Below, one piece after another: positions 58,195 through 64,000 of a stretch of DNA of 64,000 nt (position 1 is the stretch's first letter; every line of letters starts with the position of its first letter). The position numbers and the translations under genes were made by a program. Origin of the DNA: an uncultured Gammaproteobacteria bacterium. Its GTDB lineage: Bacteria; Pseudomonadota; Gammaproteobacteria; Pseudomonadales; JAHEGP01. Where the stretch lies: the NCBI GenBank assembly GCA_963808975.1, contig CAWEHR010000006.1, positions 222,394 to 286,393 of the forward strand. The letters are read 5' to 3'. Under the pieces are notes generated by a model. It saw nothing but the letters and a program-made list of their open reading frames with translations, did not search any database and had not been told where the DNA came from.

Positions 58195-59565
58195 ATGGAA
58201 AAGTCGTATCGGGTCATTAACCCTTACAATGGTGATCTGCTGGGCGAATACCAGTATACCCCCGGTGCTGAAGTCGCCAGAATTGTAGAGCGCCTGAAGG
58301 CCGGCAGGGCGGTCCAGCGCGCAACCCCCGCCTTTGCGCGCGCCGAGGTGTTGCGTCGACTGGCGCAACTGCTGCAGCAAAATAGTGAGCGCCTGGCCCG
58401 GTTGATTACCGCTGAAACCGGCAAGACCATAGCCGACAGCCGGGTTGAACTGGAGCGGGCAGTCAACACCGCCGTAGCCAGCAGCGAGGAAGCGCGCCAG
58501 CTTGTTGGTGAGGCGCTGGATTCCGACGCCTATCCCCCGGCCCGCTCCCGCATCGGCGTGGTGTGCCTGCGCCCGCTGGGCACGGTGCTGTGTATCACCC
58601 CGTTCAATTTTCCGCTGAATATCGCGATGCACAAGATTGGCCCCGCCTATGCGGCGGGCAACTGCATATTGTTCAAGCCCAACCCGCAAAATGCAGCCTC
58701 GGCCATAGAGCTGACCAAGCTGTGCCGGCTGGCAGGCATCAGCGACGAGGTGCTGCAAATGTGTGTGCCCGAGGTCTCCGATATGGAGGCCCTGGTGAGC
58801 CACCCCGCCATCAACTGCATCAATTTTACCGGAGGCAATAGTGCGGCGGATCGCATCGCTGCGGCTAGTGGCTACAAAAAACTACTGTTGGAACTCGGCG
58901 GTAACGATCCTTTGATCGTGCTGCCCGACGCAGACCTCGACGCCGCGGTCAGTGTTGCGATCAACCAGCGCTTCGCCACGGCAGGCCAGCGCTGTACCGC
59001 CTGTAAACGCCTGTATGTGCACGCCGCCGTATACCAGGCATTCAGCGACAAACTGGTGACCCAGAGCAGGGAGTTGGTAGTGGGCGACCCCACCGACGAA
59101 GCCACGTTTGTCGGGCCGCTGATCAGCACCGCTGCAGCCGATGAGGTAGAGTCGCGCATCGCGGCTGCGGTGCGCTCCGGGGCACGGGTGCTGCTGGGAA
59201 ACCGGCGTGAGGGCAATATTATCTACCCCTGCATCCTCGAGAATGTGCCCGCCGGCGCCAGCCTGACCAACAATGAAACTTTCGGCCCGGTATTGCCCCT
59301 GCAGCGCTTCAGCCAGTTGCAGGAGGCCATCGAGGGGATCAACCGGTCGGGCTATGGCTTGCAGGCAGGAGTTTTTACCCGTGATATAGCGACCATTCGT
59401 ACCCTGTTTGAGGAGCTCGAGGTGGGCACCCTGGTCAGTAACGACGGCCCTGGCTTTCGTGCCGAGCATTTTCCCTTTGGCGGCGTCAAGGAGAGTGGCA
59501 TCGGCAGGGAGGGCGTGAAGTATGCAATTCGCGAAATGTCCATGCAAAAAACCCTGGTGATCTAG
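58195..59565 (+). CDS. NAD(P)-dependent aldehyde dehydrogenase family protein
   Basis: FNFPLN, ELGGNDP, catalytic GQRCTACKR, EETFGP-like NETFGP. GAGGAGG RBS. 456 aa. Confidence 0.9.
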   Translation: MEKSYRVINPYNGDLLGEYQYTPGAEVARIVERLKAGRAVQRATPAFARAEVLRRLAQLLQQNSERLARLITAETGKTIADSRVELERAVNTAVASSEEARQLVGEALDSDAYPPARSRIGVVCLRPLGTVLCITPFNFPLNIAMHKIGPAYAAGNCILFKPNPQNAASAIELTKLCRLAGISDEVLQMCVPEVSDMEALVSHPAINCINFTGGNSAADRIAAASGYKKLLLELGGNDPLIVLPDADLDAAVSVAINQRFATAGQRCTACKRLYVHAAVYQAFSDKLVTQSRELVVGDPTDEATFVGPLISTAAADEVESRIAAAVRSGARVLLGNRREGNIIYPCILENVPAGASLTNNETFGPVLPLQRFSQLQEAIEGINRSGYGLQAGVFTRDIATIRTLFEELEVGTLVSNDGPGFRAEHFPFGGVKESGIGREGVKYAIREMSMQKTLVI

Positions 59566-59774
59566 CCGCCATATCTCACCGATATTTGGAATTCTCGTTG
59601 AGAGATTGTGCACTGTGCGGGATTTTACGACCAAGGGCATAGCCGTAGCTATGGCCGCGGAAGCAAAATTTCGCACAGGGTGCAAGATCCGGCGAGAAAC
59701 CAAATAGGCTTTTGAGTTTGCAGTAGAAGGTATCGATTGATACCGACCGCCGAATCGGTGAGATATGGCGGTTA
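59563..59774. mobile_element. MITE-like palindromic element, copy 2 (212 bp)
   Basis: TIRs TAGCCGCCATATCTCACCGAT / ATCGGTGAGATATGGCGGTTA. Central hairpin CATAGC-cgta-GCTATG. Its first three nt, TAG, are the stop codon of the aldehyde dehydrogenase. Confidence 0.85.
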
Positions 59775-60146
59775 GTTACCGCCGCCCGCAACAGTGCCAG
59801 TGCGGCACGACTGACCGCTACCGGGGCAATCACGTTGGTTTCGTATTGGCGGCGCAAGTCTTCGCGGCTCAGGTCAAGCACGGCCCCGCCCTGGGAGAAC
59901 CCGGCGTTGTTGATCAACAAATCGAGCTGGCCGACATCTGCCCGCACGGTAGCCATGGCCGGCGCAATGCTGTCCTCGTCGTTGGCATCCAAGCCCGAGG
60001 GTCTGGCAGCCGGCCTGCGCCAGCCCCGCCAGGGTATCCGGGCGTCGGACAGTGGCGTAGACCCGGTGCCCCCGCTGGTTAAGCTCGGTGGCCAGTGCCT
60101 CGCCGATACCGCTGGAACAGCCGGTGATCAGAATCGTCTGCTGCAT
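59775..60146 (-). pseudogene. Classical SDR remnant: frameshifted and 3'-truncated at the MITE boundary
   Basis: MQQTILITGCSSGIGEALA... (ORF 59874..60146) continues as DANDEDSI...LLINNAGF...NVIAPVAVSRAAL in ORF 59576..59992. There is a 1-nt frame change near 59988-59992. Homology stops before the catalytic S/YxxxK, where the MITE sequence begins. Confidence 0.75.
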
Positions 60147-60286
60147 GGTGCCTCCGGGTTATTCGCTCCAGTGCCATCATTCACGCTATAAGACACACCG
60201 TTAACCATGGGCACTCGGGGTACCTCTTGTCTGTGCGGCCCATTCGGTTATGATCATCCGAAACCAGCGATTCATGGAGGTGAGCT

Positions 60287-60913
60287 ATGGCGGATACCTA
60301 TCAAGGTGCAAAAATCAGCGTCTCGTTTGACGGCGGCAAGTGCATCCATTCACGTCACTGTGTACTGAATCTTCCCGAGGTCTTTATTGCCAATGCCGAA
60401 GGGCCCTGGATACAGCCGGATAATACCGAGGTCGAGGAACTGAAACGGGTGATTCGCAACTGTCCCTCGGGGGCCTTAACGTACCAGCTTGCAGGCGAGG
60501 CCGGTGAGCCGGCACCGGCGGTGAACACGGTCAGGATATTCGAAAACGGCCCCTATGCCGTTAACGCGCCGCTGGACTTTGGCGTTGGTGATGGCCAGCT
60601 CAGGGCGACGCTTTGCCGCTGTGGTGCCTCGGCCAACAAGCCTTTCTGCGATGGCAGCCACAGCGCCGCCGGGTTTATCGCCAGCGGTGAGCCCGCGACG
60701 CTGGAATTTGAAGCCCTGGAGCAGCGCGACGGCACGGTAACGGTAGATCTGCGTCCCAATGGCCCCCTCCGCCTGACCGGCAATATGGAGATTATCGCCG
60801 CCAGTGGGCGCACCGTGGACAAAAAGACAGACGCCTTTTTGTGTCGCTGCGGCGCCTCGGCCAACAAGCCCTACTGCGATGGCAGCCATACCAAGATTGG
60901 TTTCAAGGCGTAA
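60287..60913 (+). CDS. Fe-S protein: N-terminal divergent 4Fe-4S mono-cluster domain + two CDGSH domains
   Basis: CIHSRHC...CP N-terminal module. Two copies of CRCGASANKP(F/Y)CDGSH. Confidence 0.85.
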   Translation: MADTYQGAKISVSFDGGKCIHSRHCVLNLPEVFIANAEGPWIQPDNTEVEELKRVIRNCPSGALTYQLAGEAGEPAPAVNTVRIFENGPYAVNAPLDFGVGDGQLRATLCRCGASANKPFCDGSHSAAGFIASGEPATLEFEALEQRDGTVTVDLRPNGPLRLTGNMEIIAASGRTVDKKTDAFLCRCGASANKPYCDGSHTKIGFKA

Positions 60914-60950
60914 TGGCTTGCATCCGGTCAGCGAAGCAGCGCTGCCCGGG

Positions 60951-63083
60951 TCAATCGCAAGCCGCCAAGCCATTGATCCAGTCGTTGATGATATCGACCG
61001 CGGCGGTATCCACCTGCTTGCTGGCGATAGGCGGCATGCGCCTGCTGTCAAGCGCCTGCATGCGCAACGATAGCACCGAGCGTGTGGCATCACCGGGCGC
61101 CACCAGCCTCGCTCCGCTTTGTCCGAGATTGCCGTAGAGAGGCACTGTATTGCACAGCCCGGTGTCGGCAAAGGGGGTTTGAAAACGCAGGTCGATACCG
61201 GCTATTGGCCCGCCCGGACGGTGGCAGTTGGAGCAATTGCTGTGCAGGTAGCTGCGCGCCCGCTGCTCCAGGCTGGCGTTATCATCCTTTAGCCCGAACA
61301 GCCTCACTTGCATCAGCGCTGCGGGCACCGGTTGGTCCAGGTAGCTGCGCTGGTACAGTTGCTCCAGGGCATTTTCGCTGTCCCCCGTGTTGAGCTGCAG
61401 CGTCTCCGCTCCAAGGGAGAAGCCCGCAACTGCCGTGTGGCACTGCATGCATTCCCCGGGGCTGGGGAAAATGTGGGTGTAGTTGGCATCGAGCACCGTC
61501 TCTGCGTGCCTGTCGAGCAGTTCGGCGTCGGTTTTGTCGCGGTTCCACTGGTAGCTGTATCCGGCCCAGCCATCGAGGTGCTTCATAAACAGCCGGGTCT
61601 CGACGATTTGCCCCCGGTGCGAAAAGTTTTTTATCAGCACGCTGCGGTCGGGAAAGATAAATTCCCCCGCGGCATTGAAGCTGATCCGGCTGTCGTCGGG
61701 AATGCCGAAATAGCGCTGCTTGCTCGCCCCGTCGCTCCATAGTGGGCTGTTCACGGTGTAGCCCACCACGCCGGACGCTACGGTCTGGGTAGCGGTATCG
61801 CTGAAGCAACCGGTGTCTGACAGCTTCGCGGCCACGGTGCCGCTACTGCCGCTATCGTCGGCCTCGATTCGATAGATGTTGCTGCCCGCATCGCCGGTGA
61901 GGCTGATCGCGTAGAGTTCGCCATTTTGGTCCTCGGCGAAAGCGCTGAGCGCCAGCGAGGTGTCGAGCAGTGGCTTCACCGTCGACGGGGCGGCCGGATC
62001 GAGGCCGTAAATGATGCCGTTGCAGAAATCGCCAAACAGGTAGTGGCCATTGAGCGCACCGGCGCTGCCGGAGCGATAGACGTAGCCCCCGGTGACTGAG
62101 CAGCCGCCGGTGGTGCTGTGGCTGTAGTCCGCCACCGGCAGGCGTAGCCCGGTGCTATCACAGGCATTGCCGTCGAGGCAGCTAGTACCCTCCATGATGG
62201 GCCAACCGTAGTTGCCCCCGGCGACGATCCGGTCGATTTCCTCGCGCTCGTTCTGGCCCACATCCCCCAGCCACAGTTCACCCGTAGCCCGATCAAAGCT
62301 CCAGCGCCAGGGATTGCGCAGCCCGTAGGCAAAGACCTCGGGCCGCCCGCCCCCGTCCACAAACGGGTTGTCCGACGGAATCTCATAGGGGGCACTGTCG
62401 CCGGCCACATCGACATCCAGCCGCAACAGGGCACCGAGCAGGGTATTGGGGTTTTGGCCATTGGCGAAGGGATCGTTGGCGCCCCCGCCATCGCCCAGGG
62501 CCAGGTAAAGGTAGCCGTCGGGCCCGAAGCCAAGCCCCCCACCGTTGTGGTTGAGGGCGGGCTGGTCGAGCTCTAGTACAATCTTTTCGCTGCTCTTGTC
62601 GACGCGGTCGGTGGTGCCATCGACCCGGAAGCGAGACAGGCGCGCCGTATCCGCCGACGGCATATAGTAGAGATAAACCCAACCGTTGGTGGCGTACTGC
62701 GGATGAAAAGCCAAACCCAGCAGGCCCGCCTCATTGCTTGCTGAAAAGGTTTCCCGCTCAAGGTTGAGAAACGTGCGGTAGCCATTGGCAACCCGCCGAT
62801 TGTCGAATTGAAAAACCGATCCGTTCTGGCTCAGCGCATACCAGGTGTCATTATCGCCCGGCGCCTGGTACAACCCCACCATCCGCTCGATGGCCGGCAG
62901 TGCGGGAAACGCCGTTACCAGGGTAATCGGGCCGCCACCACTCATCGACAGTGCGGGTGCTATGCAACTGGTATTGGCCGGGCGCAACGGCGCCTCAGGG
63001 CTGGAACCGCCACCACCCCCGCCACAGGCGGCGAGCAACAGGGCAAGGCCGTTCAGTGCCAGTAGATGGGGGAAGACTTTCAT
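60951..63083 (-). CDS. Lipoprotein: PQQ-dependent sugar dehydrogenase (GSDH beta-propeller) fused to a C-terminal dihaem c-type cytochrome domain
   Basis: Lipobox LLAAC|GGGGGG. GLLGLAFHPQY, LGDGGGANDP, GLRNPWRWSFD. Two CxxCH motifs (CMQCH, CSNCH) in the C-terminal about 250 aa. Confidence 0.85.
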   Translation of the reverse strand: MKVFPHLLALNGLALLLAACGGGGGGSSPEAPLRPANTSCIAPALSMSGGGPITLVTAFPALPAIERMVGLYQAPGDNDTWYALSQNGSVFQFDNRRVANGYRTFLNLERETFSASNEAGLLGLAFHPQYATNGWVYLYYMPSADTARLSRFRVDGTTDRVDKSSEKIVLELDQPALNHNGGGLGFGPDGYLYLALGDGGGANDPFANGQNPNTLLGALLRLDVDVAGDSAPYEIPSDNPFVDGGGRPEVFAYGLRNPWRWSFDRATGELWLGDVGQNEREEIDRIVAGGNYGWPIMEGTSCLDGNACDSTGLRLPVADYSHSTTGGCSVTGGYVYRSGSAGALNGHYLFGDFCNGIIYGLDPAAPSTVKPLLDTSLALSAFAEDQNGELYAISLTGDAGSNIYRIEADDSGSSGTVAAKLSDTGCFSDTATQTVASGVVGYTVNSPLWSDGASKQRYFGIPDDSRISFNAAGEFIFPDRSVLIKNFSHRGQIVETRLFMKHLDGWAGYSYQWNRDKTDAELLDRHAETVLDANYTHIFPSPGECMQCHTAVAGFSLGAETLQLNTGDSENALEQLYQRSYLDQPVPAALMQVRLFGLKDDNASLEQRARSYLHSNCSNCHRPGGPIAGIDLRFQTPFADTGLCNTVPLYGNLGQSGARLVAPGDATRSVLSLRMQALDSRRMPPIASKQVDTAAVDIINDWINGLAACD

Positions 63084-63338
63084 TGAGAGCCTCGGGGAGG
63101 GTCGTTAGAGCCGTGCTTGACAGGGCGCGATTATTTGCCAGCCGGGCGCAAAAGTAAATGCCGGGGGCAGCTGCGAGACGATTGCAGATGACACCCGCCA
63201 GTCGGGGCAGCAGGGTGTGGACGCTCGCGATCAGTGGCAGAATGTCCTCCAACGGTCGGCGGAGGATGAAAACATGGCATCTACCTTAGCTCACAACGTC
63301 AATGCGATGGAAAGTCCGCCGCTTATCATCGGGTTCCA

Positions 63339-64000
63339 ATGCCTGTGACTCGCAGCGATGCCAGCAGCAAAAACCACGGTGAGATGGTATGTGCCAGCGC
63401 CGAGTCGGAGCAGCAATACATAGCGGATTGCTATCGTCAAGAGCTGGCCGCGCCTCATTGGCTGATCTGGCGTTACAGCGCGCCCGCTATCGTACTGGGC
63501 AGGTCGCAGCAGCCCGACCCGGGGCAACTGGCACGGGCTGCCGGTAAAAAGCTGCCCCTGATTCGGCGGCGCTCCGGCGGGGGAGCGGTCATGGCCGGCC
63601 CAGAAATGCTCAGCCTGAGTGTTTTCCTGCCTGCGCAGCATGCAATTGCCCGGGGCGGCCCCGTCGCTGCTTACCATTGGCTGGGACAACTATGGCGGGA
63701 TGTACTGGGCCAGGTCGGTGTCAACAGTCGACTCTGTGAGCTCGATGAGGCTCGGCGCTCCCAGCAACAGGCCCGGGAAGTGGGCGCCGACTGGGCGTGC
63801 TACAGCTCGATATCCCATGGTGAACTGGTCACCCCGGATGGGCGCAAACTGCTGGGTATCGCGCAGATACGCAGCCGCTTCTGCACAGTGTTGACGTCGG
63901 GGGTCTATCTGCGTGCACCCGCCTGGGCTACCCTGGCAGAGGTTGTTGCCGGGGGTCGGGGGCAGGTTGAATACCTCGCTGACTTCAACGCCAGCATAGG
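63339..64000 (+). CDS. Lipoate/biotin protein ligase (BPL_LplA_LipB) family protein, 3'-partial
   Basis: Own translation: MPVTRSD...LIRRRSGGGAVMAGPEML...KLLGIAQIR.... RRxSGGGAV is the LplA-type motif. The frame is open to the window end, so it is absent from the ORF track. Confidence 0.65.
   Translation, partial: MPVTRSDASSKNHGEMVCASAESEQQYIADCYRQELAAPHWLIWRYSAPAIVLGRSQQPDPGQLARAAGKKLPLIRRRSGGGAVMAGPEMLSLSVFLPAQHAIARGGPVAAYHWLGQLWRDVLGQVGVNSRLCELDEARRSQQQAREVGADWACYSSISHGELVTPDGRKLLGIAQIRSRFCTVLTSGVYLRAPAWATLAEVVAGGRGQVEYLADFNASI

Noticed and set aside
63291-63689. 132-aa minus-strand ORF
   Set aside because: The opposite strand carries an open frame to the window end with the LplA-type RRRSGGGAV motif, so the plus-strand gene is preferred.

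Overview
GC-rich bacterial chromosome segment, probably from a marine, hydrocarbon- or lipid-oriented gammaproteobacterium (taxonomy is a low-confidence inference). I support about 45 intact CDS, 4 gene remnants, and several families of non-coding repeats. I found no rRNA, tRNA, CRISPR array, integrase, transposase or phage gene. The only transcription factors are one ArsR and one AraC remnant.

Recognisable content, left to right:
- a dynamin-like GTPase
- two tandem paralogous Cys-rich lipoproteins
- DUF4239 and AIM24 genes
- a family IV esterase
- a P-type cation ATPase preceded by an odd small membrane protein
- NUDIX, acyltransferase and MFS genes
- sqr converging on an arsR-arsI-arsC-acr3 operon
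- corA
- an RND pump (adaptor plus permease)
- rlmA
- two DUF3604 paralogues
- a stand-alone gltB
- a Tas-like aldo/keto reductase
- a Na/Pi cotransporter
- an acyl-CoA ligase
- a CYP153 remnant
- an AI-2E transporter
- a coupled pair of membrane GTPases
- an acyl-CoA-binding protein
- the AmmeMemoRadiSam trio
- a HAD-IIA hydrolase
- a cluster of TPP enzyme, BASS transporter, double-SDR fusion and aldehyde dehydrogenase
- a CDGSH protein
- a PQQ dehydrogenase fused to a dihaem cytochrome
- a partial lipoate-ligase-like gene

I see no unambiguous novel system such as a defence island. The best function-unknown candidates are:
- the coupled GTPase pair with its downstream membrane protein (45.4-49.2 kb)
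- the AmmeMemoRadiSam trio (49.6-52.1 kb)
- the tandem lipoproteins (1.9-5.1 kb)
- the orphan TPP/BASS/SDR-SDR/ALDH cluster (53.3-59.6 kb)

The most concrete sequence-level novelty is a 211-bp palindromic MITE-like element whose terminus supplies the stop codon of the upstream gene. A second intergenic repeat family with an internal VNTR is also present. There are several in-frame microsatellites, one of which carries a start codon in each unit. All calls come from reading the sequence and ORF translations by eye. No database search was run.
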